Shown one piece after another: positions 1 to 11,840 of a DNA stretch of 43,475 bases; positions within the stretch are counted from its first letter, which is position 1; each line of letters starts with the position of its first letter. Under the pieces are notes generated by a model, which did no database searches, had not been told where the DNA came from, and saw nothing but the letters and a program-made list of their open reading frames with translations. The position numbers and the translations under genes were made by a program. Source of the DNA: Hydrolagus affinis (lineage: Eukaryota); the NCBI GenBank assembly GCA_012026655.1, contig JAAILG010003942.1, forward strand, positions 1-43,475. Direction: 5' to 3'.

Positions 1-100
1 CCCTCTTCTTCCCTGACCTTGCTCTGCAGCACCTTTCCCTCCCTCTCCCTCCCTCTCCCCATTGCCCTCTTTTCCCCCTTTCTCCCCTGGCCCCATTTCT

Positions 101-423
101 GCGATTGTTTGTGGGACACTGCTGTGCTCAATTTGGCTGCCGCGTTTCGCCCACAAGAATACAAGTCGGCTTTCCTGCTCTCCTTCTCCCTGCCCCGACC
201 CCTCCCCTTGCCATTTTTTCCACCCCATTTCCCTTAATCCCACTTCCAATACAAATTGCTGTGCGTAATTTGGCTGCTACGTTTCGCCCACAAATATACA
301 ATGAATTTTCCTACTCTTCTTCGTCCTGCCCCGACCCCTCCCCCCCGCTCTTGTCCCTACCTAACTAGAGCACCTTGGGACATCCTTTCAACGTGAAAGG
401 CGCTATATAAATGTAAGTTTTGA
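101..423 (+). mobile_element. Composite SINE 3' remnant: two Deu-type core copies, pyrimidine tracts and an L2-type tail
   Basis: The core GCTGTG..AATTTGGCTGC..CGTTTCGCCCACAA occurs at about 121-157 and 257-291. The tail CCTTGGGACATCC..GTGAAAGGCGCTATATAAATG is at about 373-413. Confidence 0.75.
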
Positions 424-892
424 TTCATTGATTGATTGACCCTTCGTCAGAACGTTTCAGATTTATAGCATCTGCAGTATTTTGCATTTTTGTCAGATTG
501 ATAATAATCCTTGCATTTGATTTGAGATGTTGCAAACATAAGTAAACACTAATTGGATAAGCCTCCCAATCTTTGCTACCCAAAACTGCTTCAAAGCCTC
601 CTAGGCAGGATTTGGCAGAGTCCTCAACACTAGAAATCCATTGTGAGTAACAAAAAGGGTTTTTCAACCTCCAAAACATTATCGCTATTGGATGACTCCC
701 TGATGACACAAGATAATTTACTGGCCAGTGTTCTGGTGATTTACAGCTGACCTGTGTTTTTCCATGTTGTGATCAGTTTTCCCTCAAATTGGGACTTTAG
801 CAGCTGCAAACTGGTCTTCAGAGAGTGTGCTGCATTTCTGTATCCACAGAACACTGTCAAAGGCATCCATTTATTTAGAGTAACTCAACAAC

Positions 893-960
893 TACAACTT
901 GGATTTATATAGCGCCTTTCACGCCAGGCGGCATCTCAGAGTGCTTCACAATAACAGAAC
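893..960 (-). mobile_element. SINE/L2 3' tail fragment
   Basis: ATTTATATAGCGCCTTTCAC is the reverse complement of the shared L2-type tail. Confidence 0.65.
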
Positions 961-1447
961 CCGTGGAACGGAGGATTTGGGGGACAAGAAGGAGGCCAGA
1001 CCCGGTACAGCGAAGGCAATGGGTACTGATATTCCATCTAAATACCAGGAAGGTTCAAGTCCTGCTATGGTAAAGATGACTACTAACTTTCACAGATCAT
1101 TGATGAGGAAGCAATCGAGACTTTGATAACCTTTAATCCTAATTTCAGATCTACCAGAAAACCACCTTCCAGGACTTACAATTAAAGCATTTATTTTTCA
1201 TCAGAACAAGTGGGGATATTTTCCCACAGCTCTGGCACGTCTTCTAGTACAGTACTTTATTGTTGTCTTGGGCTGGAGATCTTGTTCGTCAAGTTGATAC
1301 TTAGGCATCTGGCCAATGATGTGCTCTAAGTCAGGTACTAAAATTCATGTGTCCCTTCTGCTTCTTGAAGTGTTGAGCATCTGTTACACATATTTCAACA
1401 GCTAATTCAGAGCAAATTTAATAGGCTATTTACTATTTAAGTTTTTA

Positions 1448-1818
1448 GCCTGGCTCAGTTGGTAGCACTCTTGCCTTTGAGAAGGTTGTGCATTGAAGCA
1501 CCAAGTTGAGACTGAGCTTATAGACCAGGCTTGCATTTCAGTACCTAGCTGGGAGAGCGCTACAGTGTCAGAGCTGCTGTCCTGTGGATGAGACATTAAA
1601 CTGAAGTCCTGTATGTTTGTCCAGGTGGACATTAAGGATTCAAAGAGAAGGGTGTTTGTCCCTTTGTCTTGGCTAACAATCCTATTTGTGGTACCTTGCT
1701 GTGTGCAAATTAACTGCTGTTTGCCCCCAAAAAAACATAGTCAGTAAACGTTACTGTAAAATGCTGTGAAGTGCTTTGAAACCACTCGACAACATGATAA
1801 GACTTTTTATTATTTTAT
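1448..1818 (+). mobile_element. tRNA-derived Deu-domain SINE (SacSINE1/AmnSINE1-like), old copy
   Basis: Box-A-like head GGCTCAGTTGGTAGCACTCTTGCC; Deu motif GGATGAGACATTAAACTGAAGTCC; TGCTGTGTGCAAATT core; L2-like tail. Confidence 0.75.
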
Positions 1819-2109
1819 ATAACTTGGATTTTTATATGAGTTAAGATTATTGGCTAATGTATTTTTCCAAGTGAGAGTTTTTTTTAAGGTATAAGCAACA
1901 GCTAGACTGGACCTTACATAAAGTATAACATTAATATACTTGGCAGAATCAGTGTAAGATATTTATGTGTTGCACTGCTTACTTTTGTCAGTTCATCTTA
2001 TTATTAACTTGATGGCTCTGACAAATATTTCTGACCTAAGAATTTCATATGACCTGGTGAGACCAGTACATCCCAAACAAAACACTGTTAAAGGTACTCC
2101 TTTACTTGG

Positions 2110-2241
2110 TGAGGACGGGTTTGTGGGGTTATGGGGAGCAAGCCAGGGAATGGGATTGACTTTGAATAGCTCTTTTTAAAGAGCCGGCATAGACACTGAA
2201 TGACCTCCTTTTGTGCTGTCAAATTCTATGATTCTATGATT
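2110..2241 (+). mobile_element. CR1 LINE 3' end
   Basis: TTGAATAGCTCTTT..AAAGAGCCGGCA..CTCCTTTTGTGCTG, ending in the CR1 tail repeat ATTCTATGATTCTATGAT. Confidence 0.75.
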
Positions 2242-2482
2242 TACAAGGAAGTAATCTCACCAGAAAGCAGGGCTGTAAAATTGTGATTCATGCACCACGT
2301 GCTGCTTGTTGCATGCTGTATGAATAACTAATTTAATACTTGTATGTGGATGAGTGCAAACATGAGTGGTAACCAGTGAGTGGCATGCGATTGCAGAGAG
2401 GGTGAGGATCTGGGCTGGGTGAGGGGAAAGTATACCAATGATAGAGGAGTGATCTCTACTCATTTCCTTGATAATGTACAGT

Positions 2483-2652
2483 ATAATAATAATCCTTTCA
2501 TTTGATATAGGGCTTTTCACATCTTATCGACGTCTCAAAGCGCTTCATAGAATGTACTGTAAAGTGAATTGATTGTATATTTGTGGGCGAAACAAGGCAG
2601 CCAATTGCGCACAGCAGTGTCCCACAAACAGTCGTGGATTGAAAATTACCCA
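2483..2652 (-). mobile_element. 5'-truncated SINE (Deu-type 3' half plus L2 tail)
   Basis: Reverse-complement match to the 3' half of the full-length copies at 4048 and 8089. Confidence 0.85.
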
Positions 2653-3087
2653 TTTTTTATTATTGTGGTATAGAGTAATATAGAGGGCCAAGTGCCAACA
2701 AAACCCTGAAATTGTTTGGCTACATGAAAAAGGGCTCCAACTGAAGCATTTGTCTTAAGAGAGCTTATGAGTGATCCGTAACCTTATCAACATTAAAACT
2801 TTAGATAGAGCTCTTGCGTGGCTGTAACTGTCGACCCTTAGGATGACAAAGATTTCTTACCACTTTATACAACAACAGCAACAACAAAGTTATATTTATA
2901 GAGTGCCTTTCACATTGGGAAGACATCCCAAGGCGCTGAGGGTGAAAAATACCCCAGCATTGCTTTGCTCATGACCTTTTTTTCTTCCATATTTATTCAT
3001 TATGTACCTGGACGTGTTCAATTACTCTGAGACTCAACCGGATTTGCATCAGTAATTATCAGCTAAAGAACAACAAGATGCAGCCAC

Positions 3088-3183
3088 ACCTGTTCCGGTA
3101 AAACTTTCCCTAGTTTCATTTACATAGATATGTAGATATTTCTGTGAGCTCAAAGAGGGTGTGGTTGTGCGTAATATATAAAA
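3088..3183 (+). promoter_or_regulatory. ELF5: Candidate ELF5 core promoter
   Basis: TATATAAAA at 3175-3183, KLF/SP box GGGTGTGG at 3157-3164 and an E-box/ETS-like CACCTGTTCCGG near 3088, followed by a donor-terminated exon. Confidence 0.5.
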
Positions 3184-3202
3184 TCAGTGAAAGCAGAGAA
3201 GT

Positions 3203-3278
3203 GCTGCTGTTTGTGTTGATTTATACTCCTTGCTAGGTTGAGCAGAGTTGATTTATTCTAGACATTATTCAGTCGTGG
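3203..3278 (+). other. ELF5: Candidate ELF5 non-coding exon 1 (start approximate)
   Basis: Begins about 28 nt after the TATA box, contains no ATG and ends at the strong donor TGG|GTGAGT (GT at 3279-3280). Confidence 0.5.
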
Positions 3279-3356
3279 GTGAGTAGATTTTTACTTATAA
3301 ATGTGTATAAATGTATCACATGCTATCTTTCTGAATTGATCGAGGTTGCCAGGTTC

Positions 3357-3745
3357 CAGCTTAGATCGGTTGGTATCACTCTCACCTCCAAGTCAGAAGG
3401 CTTTTGGTTCAAACTCACACATTGGGTACTTTGAGCTCATGGTTTAAGTTGACACTCCAGTGCAGTATTATTGGAGGTTCTGTCATTCAGTTAAGATGTT
3501 AAACCAAGGGCCCGTCCTCCTATTCAGATGTACAGTACTTTTAAGATCTCGTCGGCACTATTCAAAAACAGAGAAGGAAATGCTGCCAGATTAAAACTGG
3601 TCCCCAAACACTTGGCTATTCACTTCATGGCTGGGGGACATTCCTGTGTGCGAATTGCTTGCTAAGGTCAAATAGTCATTGTATTTGTACTCTACATTGA
3701 ATCCTGTGAGGCATTTTCAGATGTTTTAACATTGGTATCTGATAA
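3357..3745 (+). mobile_element. tRNA-derived Deu-domain SINE, old copy
   Basis: Head GGTTGGTATCACTCTCACCTC..AGTCAGAAGG; Deu motif AGATGTTAAACCAAGGGCCC; degenerate TGTGTGCGAATTG core. Confidence 0.7.
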
Positions 3746-4047
3746 GGTATCAGGGTTGTTTACTTTTAGATTAGGAATATAATCAAGGTATTCAATGAAA
3801 GCAATAAAAGTTCTCTAAGGTCTGTTGCTTTTGAATTTTGAATCTTCTGCTTCTGAAGGTGGCGACTCATGCAGCGTGGCATGAAATTCCACCCAGTCTT
3901 AGCCAGTAAGACTATTTTGTCTTAAGAATTAATAGGCAAAATTAAACTCAATTTGGAATCTGGTTTTTAATAAGAACTGTGGAAAATTGATTGTCAGGTT
4001 AAGTCTGAGCACAAGAATTTTCTATTTGGTTAGATTGTGAGCTATGT

Positions 4048-4362
4048 TGTCCTGTAGCTCAGTGGTTAGAGCACTCGCCTTGCAAGCGAGAGACCTGAAT
4101 TTGATTCCTGGCAGAGCGAAACCTTGGGCAAGTTTCCTTTCTCCACATGCCTGATATTAATCCCCCAAGATAACAAAATTGGTCACTTCTATCCACGACT
4201 GTTTGTAGGACACTGCTGTGTGCAATTGGCTGCCGTGTTTCCCCCCCTTCGAATATACATTCAATTCTGTGAATTCACTTCTCCAATATATTCCGTGAAG
4301 CATTTTGAGATGTCCGGAAGATGTGAAAAGCGCAATATCAAATGCAAGGAATATTATTTTAT
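4048..4362 (+). mobile_element. Full-length tRNA-derived SINE (short form)
   Basis: Box A TAGCTCAGTGG, box-B-like TTTGATTCC, CCTTGGGCAAG, Deu-type 3' core, and tail AAATGCAAGGA followed by a (TTA)-like repeat. Confidence 0.9.
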
Positions 4363-4660
4363 CACTGTATAACATTAGCATTAGTATAACATTAGCTCCC
4401 TATTCTAAGTTAGTCATGGTAGCCTTGGATACACTACAATTAGCTTCACTCCTCTTGGAAAGGGCTATCGGTTGAGGTTCCTACTGCTCGTATTCAGCAC
4501 CTGTGTGTGAAAGTACTGATGGGCATCAGCTTCATTCCACAGATGCGGTAAACCTTTGCCGAATCAGGCACTTTACAGATAAACGTGAGGTATAGAACTG
4601 TGAAAACAGAGCAGTTTCTTGAAACCCAAATGAGGCAATATGACAATGACATATGATAGT

Positions 4661-4979
4661 ATAATAATTATAATCCTTGCATTTGATATAGCGCTTTTCA
4701 CATCTTATCGATGTCTCAAAGTGCTTCACAGAATATACTGTAAAGTGAATTGACTGTATATTTATGGGCGAAACGTGGCAGCCAATTGCACACAGCAGTG
4801 TCCCACAAACAGTCGTGGATTGAAATGACCAATATTTATTATTGTGTTTTTTTTGGACGGATTATTATTAGGCGTGTGGAGTAAGGAAACGTGCCCAAGG
4901 TTTCACCCTGATCTGCCTGGATTCAAACACAGGTCTCAAGCTTGTAAGGCAAGTGCTCTAACCACTGAGCTACAGGAGC
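4661..4979 (-). mobile_element. Full-length tRNA-derived SINE (short form)
   Basis: Reverse complement of the 4048 family; the head GCTCTAACCACTGAGCTACAGG is at about 4955-4976. Confidence 0.9.
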
Positions 4980-5004
4980 TGCACAGTTCTCAACAGTTCT
5001 GGCC

Positions 5005-5250
5005 AGGCTTCACTGGCACCCCAACACCGAACGGATCGACTTCAAGATTCTCACACTTGTGTTCAAATCCCTTCACTCCTTGGCACCTCCCTACCCGTTC
5101 GACCTCATCACACCACAATCCACCCGGTCCCTCCGGTCGACTGTCCCCTCTCTCCCCTTTTTCAAGTCCCACCTGAAGACCTTCCTCTTCAAGCATAGTT
5201 ACTCCCACCCTCGCCCCAGCTCGGAGTCACTTTTAAGCGCACTGAGACAT
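5005..5250 (+). mobile_element. L2 LINE ORF2 C-terminal fragment
   Basis: Translates as LHWHPNTERIDFKILTLVFKSLHSLAPPYPFDLI...FKSHLKTFLF, matching the L2 HWLP..RI.FK.L...K.LHGLAP.YL and FK..LKT.LF motifs. Confidence 0.85.
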
Positions 5251-5652
5251 TATTTTGCATGGAGGGTGTTATTATAAGTGTTGTTGTTGAAAGGACTCAA
5301 CGCTTCTGTTGCGATGGGAGAATCTCAGCCTTTGCCGAGCACGTCACCGGTGTATTCACCGGCAATTTTAATTTTATTATTTTATTATTTCCCACTATTT
5401 CCCACAAATTTTATTATTTCCCACTATTGTTCCATTATAAGAACTACGATTCTCCTGCAGTCGAAGACGCCTCCCTGAACCAGTTAATAAAATATGTGAG
5501 GTTGCCTGTCTGGCTGACCTCGTACATTGGCCTCGGTCCTGATTTCCCTCTCTCCCTCATACTAAACACGACCAGAATTCATTCTGTGGCTCCTCCATTG
5601 AAAATATGTAGTGCATTGGAAATAAACCTTTTTATCCACATTTTACAGCACA

Positions 5653-5755
5653 ATGTTGGACACTTATGACAGCAGTTGTGGACCTGGACTCATTCTTTAC
5701 AGCCCCTTGAGTTGGTCAATGCTCTATGAACAGCTGGAATGGCCCAATACAGATG
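5653..5755 (+). CDS. ELF5: ELF5 first coding exon
   Basis: Acceptor TTTTACAG at 5648, ATG at 5653. MLDTYDSS...SPLSWSML resembles the ELF5 N-terminus (MLD...PLMSWTDL). Phase-1 donor ATG|GTTATG; an alternative in-phase donor lies at 5764. Confidence 0.75.
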
Positions 5756-6501
5756 GTTATGGAGGTACTGTACTATTTCTTTTGCATTTGATGGTGGTTA
5801 CAAGATTATCCAGTTTACCTATCATAGATGGAGTTCATCTGGGTCAAAAATGGTTTCTTCTAGGGGAAGTAGATGCTGGAGATTATATCAGATGGCCTAC
5901 ACCAGAGGGAATTTTTCAACGTCTGTATTTTATGTTTTTCACTGAAGAGCTGTGGCAGTGAGTGAGTGTAGACAATAATAAATAATAAAATAGCCTGTGG
6001 GCCGGCTATTTGCCTACAGTCACCATCACAAGCTTCATTGTTTTCACCAACACAGACTTTCCTGCTAGGCTCATTGAGGTGATGGAGAGATAAGGAAGGG
6101 GGAAGAAATAGGTGTTTTTGTTTCCCCCACCGATTCTTACAGCATGATTTTGGCAGGAGCTAAAGGCATTCTAAGCAATGGAAGAGTAGAATATTCCATG
6201 CATTTGCTCTTAAATTGATTAGCTGTGAGTATGCTACAAGGTGAATAACTATGAGAATGCTCTAAGCCAAGAAAGTTTGCCTACGGAATAAACAGACACT
6301 ACACTTTATGGTATTATCTTTGGAAGCATCCTCCCAACGTGAAAGATGCTGCATTCAAATTGCAAGGGTTATTCATTTAAAAAAAAATTAATTGTCGTGT
6401 TCAAAGATTAGATAGGCGTGGCATAAACTCTGGGGATTTTGAGAGAGAATGTTTGTTTATGCTCCTGATGTACATTGAAATAAGATGAATTTTGTTTTCA
6501 G

Positions 6502-6735
6502 CTTCCAACAAATCCTGGTCCTCAATTCCTCCTGAGGAATGGAGCAACAGGCATGTTTGGGAGTGGCTGCAGTTCTGTTGTGATCAGCATAAACTGGACG
6601 CAAACTGCATCCCTTTTGCACAGTTCAATGTCAATGGCAGACAGCTGTGCAGCATGACTCAACTACAGTTCATTTCTGCAACTGGAATTTATGGAGAAAT
6701 CCTTTACAATATCCTACACCAACTGCATGGCAAAG
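6502..6735 (+). CDS. ELF5: ELF5 Pointed (PNT/SAM) domain exon
   Basis: [39 protein letters not shown] matches ELF5 [17 protein letters not shown]. 234 nt, phase 1 to 1, AG/GT boundaries. Confidence 0.95.
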
Positions 6736-6852
6736 GTAACAGTTTCATTCGATGACTTTGGCGACTCCACCAGATGAAACGCTTCTTTGGGAGGGAAAAG
6801 AAAAGCATTAAATGGGAAGAAGCAAACTAGGTATTTCTGATAATCAGAATGC

Positions 6853-7046
6853 AACAACAACAACAAAATGACACCAGTATAGCACCTTTCACCGTCAGGA
6901 GGACGTACCAAGGCGCTGGACAGTCATTGTTTCAGACCCGAGCTGGGGTCGGGGGACGAGGAAGGTGGAGTGGAAGGGGGGATTTGGGGTGACCGATGGG
7001 ACCGTCGAAGAGGAGGGTCTTGAGGTGGCACTTGAAGGAGGCCAGC
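6853..7046 (-). mobile_element. L2 LINE 3' end
   Basis: (CAA)n tail plus ATAGCACCTTTCAC..CCAAGGCGCTGGACAG; reverse-complement similarity to 31470-31800. Confidence 0.75.
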
Positions 7047-7366
7047 TAGAGGGCGAGGTTTAACCCACAATATACTGATCCAGACACAAAGTGTAAGGGC
7101 AAACTGTCACAGGTATTTGTATGTTTACAGACGTATGCCACTGGGAACTTCAGATCAAAAAGCCATGGACTGATAGTATTGGTGTGTCAGACACCACTGA
7201 TCTCACCATCTATTTCAGAATGGAACCCTTCTGGACACATCAAATTCTGCAATAATATTGAAAATGAGCCCATTTGTTTGTGGGTCATTGCATCTGTAAA
7301 ACATTTAGAGCCAACAGCCTTAATTAAGTCCGTAGATTAAAATGGTGTCATTCCTTCATTCAGCAG

Positions 7367-7417
7367 ATCTCCCTCTGGTATGTGATCCTGTTGACAAAGA
7401 ACCCCATGTCGATGAAT
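7367..7417 (+). CDS. ELF5: ELF5 51-nt linker exon
   Basis: TTCATTCAGCAG| acceptor and T|GTAAGT donor; open frame DLPLVCDPVDKEPHVDE; phase 1 to 1. Confidence 0.7.
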
Positions 7418-7801
7418 GTAAGTAAACAAGTCAAGCACTCGACTGAAATGTTTGGATTCTAGACATAAATCTCTTCCAAAAACACTTTGACAGAGGGAAT
7501 GTGGAGCCAGTGGAGATGAATGAGGAACGGGGAATTAGTTGGGGTGAATTGGGAGTCAATGGAGCCAAGGGAAGATGGGACTGGAGGGTGCCGGACTATT
7601 GAAGCCTAGGGAGGATGGGTTTAATTTGATTGTGGGAGAGGACACAAGCTGGACAATTCTGGATGGTCTGCAGCTTGTGCGAGTAGGTGCCTGGGAGTCG
7701 AGTGAGCAGGATGTTGGATTAAAAGGGACAAAAATATTTTATTTGAAGTCAATCCTAGTGAATGTTCCACTGAACCTTTTTTTTTAAAACTTAAATTTAA
7801 G

Positions 7802-7879
7802 GGACAGTCAGTTTGGAACAAAATGCAGGATGTTTCAAAGGAAGCCAAGAGCAGAGCATTTCTGCAAAAAAACACGCTG
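7802..7879 (+). CDS. ELF5: ELF5 second linker exon
   Basis: Open frame TVSLEQNAGCFKGSQEQSISAKKHA; donor CTG|GTGAGT; phase 1 to 1. An alternative in-frame acceptor lies at 7808. Confidence 0.65.
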
Positions 7880-8088
7880 GTGAGTGAGTCTTTTGGAACA
7901 TTGTGCAAATTGATGTACTGTATTTATGCTGGCTGGAAACACTGTCTCAGCAAAAATTGTTTGCAGCTCATCTTAATCATCTGAATCTTTGTTTTGATAT
8001 TGTAAAGCTCATAATAATGGAGAGGTTAGGGGATCTTTGATGTTGACGTGAACAGAGAAATAGGATATTGGGTTAATGTTTCATAATG

Positions 8089-8400
8089 GAGTTCTGTAGC
8101 TTGTGGTTAGAGCACTCGCATTACAAGCGAGGGACCTGGGGTCAATTCCAGGGCAGGGTGAAACCTTGGGCAAGTTTCCTTACTCCGTATACTGATAATA
8201 ATCTCTCAAACCTAATAATGACAAATTGGTCATTTTAATCCACGCCTGTTTGTGGGACACTGCTGTGCGCAATTAGCTGCCACGTTTTGCCCACAAATAT
8301 ACAGTCAATTCCCTTTACAGTATATTCTGTGAAGTGTTTTGAGATGCTTAGGAGATATGAAAAGCGCTATATCAAACGCAAGGATTATTATTATTATTGT
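8089..8400 (+). mobile_element. Full-length tRNA-derived SINE (short form)
   Basis: Same head, CCTTGGGCAAG, core and AAATGCAAGGA-(TTA)n-type tail as the 4048 copy. Confidence 0.9.
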
Positions 8401-9934
8401 TAAATGAAGCACAACACCTCCAACTACTCAGAGCCCTCACCAACAATGAATGCTGCCAATTTAGTCAGGCTAACGCCTCAGTAACCCTGTGCCAAGGAAG
8501 GTAAAAAATCTGGAGGGATGGTAAAGCATACTAAGCTAATAGGGAGGTTTCTATTCGGCTAGATTTCAATCACACGTTTGTTTCGATAGCTGGATCTTTT
8601 GTAATACCTCACCTTGCAGATTTGGTTGTGTCACGAAAGCTTGTTAAACAAGTCAAAGTACATGTCCACAAGAGTTTTCACATTTTTTGAATCTGACAGT
8701 AATTATGCTGACTGATGTAACTGGGCAGCCCAAGTGTCTGTGCACAGTCATTAATCTGTGTGCTAGGCTTTGATCCCGTTGCTAAGGTTGGCTGTTACTC
8801 CTGTCACCTGAACAATTGCACCTTGTTGTGGAAAGCAAACCACATTCCCCAGAAAGCTCATTGTTTTAGCTGAAGTACAAGAGATAAACCAGATTAGTTA
8901 TGAAATAAAATGTTACGAGAGAAGTAGAGGATCGAATTTAACTATTTTGAGCACTGCAGCAGCAGATTACCCTAAATCTCTGTTTGCGACTTTACACCCA
9001 CAACTGCTCAGGATATGTCAGTGCCTGCAGAGCCTTAAATAATCTCCCTCCTATCTTATCTCAGAAGATGTCAGACCTTGCATGACCTAAACCAATAAAC
9101 CGGGTAAACCAGCCTTGTATTGTATCTTACAAACTGTAACAGTAACCAACCTAGTTTTGTACCTCAGGACTGTTTCTGATTGAGAAACCTGGCCTGCTAT
9201 ATTGTGTTTCAGGAAGTGGAATGCGGTTTTACATTTGGTTTGGTTAATTGAGATAAAACAATGAACTGTCGTGCAGACTCCATGAGCAATAAACACATTA
9301 GAAATGACCCTTCCTCTTCCCTTGTTGGATCTCAATATCAGTTCATTTATTATTTTTATTTCCCCACCGACCACTCCCCTTCAGGCGATTGATGAAATTC
9401 TGTCGAAATGGAATTTTTGTCCGGAATTACTATATATCAGCCTTTCTGGAGAAAACTGATACATGAGATTGATGGCTTCCCCGTAGAGGTGATTTGACAC
9501 ATATTTGAATCAAGTGATTGTCTTCACCCCTTCGAGGGCATTCGGCGAGAACACAGTCAACCAGCTCTCCACATTGACTCTCCTCACTGCGGCTCCTCCA
9601 CTATTCTCCTTCTATCCTAAATGGTTTCTCTCTGGCTCAGAGCACAGAGCTCCAAGAAATTTATCGCAAAAAACCCCCCAGGAAAAATAAGCGGCTTCCA
9701 TAAACTAAATTAATAAATACATTTTTTTTTGAATAGACCAGCTCCTGCTGCAGTTCTGCTGCAAGGAACTGGTAAACAAATAAATGATTTAGCTTGTTTT
9801 GAAGCTAATAAAGAATGTGAAGAGGACTCTAACATTAGCAATATCGGTTGCACCACAACTGCACATCCTGGTACGTCAGTCCTGAGTTGCCACCAGGGGT
9901 CACTGCATTTGGTTAGTCACTCTGTTGTCTAAAA

Positions 9935-10244
9935 CAGCGATTCTCAACCAGGGGTCCATGTACCTCAGGGGTTACAAAATTACTTCCAGTGGGTACAGGT
10001 GGCGGTACATTGATTTTTTTAGCTCTCTTATTTAGAGTTTAGTAGCCTTCCAAATTGTATATTTAATTGTTATTCCCCTTGTTTTGTATGTGCTAGTTAT
10101 ATTTTGTTGTACAGGTATAAGAAAAGCTTGGTCATAAAATGCAAGTGGAATAAGGGTGGTGGTGTGTGTGTGGTTGGGTGGGGGTGCACGATAATGTTGA
10201 AAATGAACCAGGGATACATTACTGAAAAAGGTTGAGAACCACTG
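9935..10244. mobile_element. Non-autonomous hAT (Charlie-like) MITE, 310 bp
   Basis: 15-bp TIRs CAGCGATTCTCAACC / GGTTGAGAACCACTG (13/15 match) and a perfect 8-bp TSD GTCTAAAA at 9927-9934 and 10245-10252. Confidence 0.9.
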
Positions 10245-10892
10245 GTCTAAAAGTTGCATGCTGTGGCTCATTTTGTTAATTGCATTTATGAGCTCAATTC
10301 GGCCGGTCAAGCCACTGCCCGGTGTGAGCAGTGTTAGCCTGGAGCAGTAGTAGGTCTACAATACGCTGGACTCGGGCGCGGAAGAGGAGGCTGGGAAGGA
10401 GAAAACCATAAAGTGATCAACACTGCAGCCACCCTTGACTGTAATTTACCTGAAAAGCAGAGCTTTGAATACAAGCAGCCGGGTTTGTGGACCATGGTAT
10501 TCAACAACCACCACAACTTGCATTTATGTAGCGCCCTTCACGCCGGACGTCATCTCGGAGCGCTTCGTTTAGTACTTAAGTAGCTATGCTGCAGTGGATT
10601 AGCACACTGGCCCTTTAAGTCTGATCCTTAGTCTGTCCTCAGTTTGTCCGTCTATGTGCTACATTCTACATTTCAGTGCCTTGGGACGTCCTCCTGACGT
10701 GAAAAGCTGGCTATAATTATGCTATTGTTGCCTGCCTTACGCATAGTTGAGACATCTCAAAACACTTAACACGATCATGCACACACCTTGACCTGGAGTG
10801 ATTGATGTAGTACAATAGTTGATGCTGACACTGGTTGCTTCTAATTGGAAAGTGCTCTGACATGTAACACATGCAAGTCACTCCGGCAACTC

Positions 10893-10970
10893 AACAACAA
10901 CAACAACAACAACATTACACTTGCATAGTGCCTTTCACATCAGGAGGACGTCCCAAGATGCTGGACAGTC
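10893..10970 (-). mobile_element. L2/SINE 3' tail next to the ELF5 ETS-exon acceptor
   Basis: (CAA)n plus GCATAGTGCCTTTCACATCAGGAGGACGTCCCAAG. Similar tails occur at about 10508-10566 (-) and 10670-10720 (+). Confidence 0.7.
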
Positions 10971-11000
10971 AGTGTTTCTGATCTCTGGTTTCACCCTCAG

Positions 11001-11196
11001 GTTTACAAGGTCATCATCTCTGGGAGTTTGTCCGAGATCTTCTCCTCTCCCCGGAGGAAAACAATGGCGTTCTGAAGTGGGAAGACAGGAAGGAAGGAAT
11101 CTTCAAAGTTTTAAAATCTGATTCACTGGCAAAACTGTGGGGCCGTCGAAAAAAGAACGAGCGGATGACCTATGAGAAACTTAGCAGGGCCTTGAG
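11001..11196 (+). CDS. ELF5: ELF5 ETS-domain exon
   Basis: [60 protein letters not shown]; 196 nt, phase 1 to 2, canonical splice sites. Confidence 0.97.
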
Positions 11197-11341
11197 GTAA
11201 TCGTGTTTTGCTTCTCCAGCAAATAGCAAGCAGCACCTTTGGTCCAGTTTAACATGGAAAAGAATAAGTGTACATCCATTACAGTGTGTCAGCAGAGGAT
11301 TTGAGAGATGATGGAGTGATAGGTTGAACTTCTACCTCGGA

Positions 11342-11840
11342 TTATATATTACTCTAATTAATGCAAAATTTCAGAGTGTCCCAGAATATGTAAAGTTCTA
11401 CAAATTGTATTTAATGCGATCTTTAAATTGTGAAGCCGGATTTCTGAAAAGTTCTTTTCAGAAGCTACAGTAAATGAGCTTCGATGGTGAAGCTGAATTC
11501 AACATGTTTCCCAAATTCTCCATTTTTTTTCTAGAACTCTGAAATGCTGTATTAACAGAGAAAATCTGGGCCCAGGTGGAAATTTTCCCCCTAGGGATGT
11601 CTGCATATTTTGAGAATTGCTCATGTGGTTAATTTAATGTTACAACAATGACCCACCTTCATACACAAAACTCTGCTGAAACTTCTTACACCTGAGATCA
11701 AAGCGCCTAGAGGGATGGTGTGCGTAGGCAGCGGAGGCTGAGTGTCTTCAGGTTTATATATTACTCTAATTAATGCAAAATTTCAGAGTGTCTAGAATAT
11801 GTAAAGTTCTACAAATTGTATTTAATACGATCTTTAAATT
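11342..11840 (+). repeat. Approximately 88-bp direct repeat pair (11342-11429 and 11754-11840)
   Basis: TTATATATTACTCTAATTAATGCAAAATTTCAGAGTGTC...GATCTTTAAATT occurs twice, differing by about 2 substitutions and 1 indel. Confidence 0.9.

Noticed and set aside
4048-4120. tRNA genes at the SINE heads (also 8089, 12856, 26616, 42938)
   Set aside because: A/B-box remnants run into the SINE body, and no intact cloverleaf is evident.
5259-5669. 136-aa ORF upstream of ELF5
   Set aside because: Runs through low-complexity AT repeats and the ELF5 acceptor tract; no protein-like features.
9380-9715. Minus-strand frame of about 105 codons with two internal stops, in a CpG-richer patch
   Set aside because: No recognisable motif and not beyond chance; it may be an unclassified repeat.
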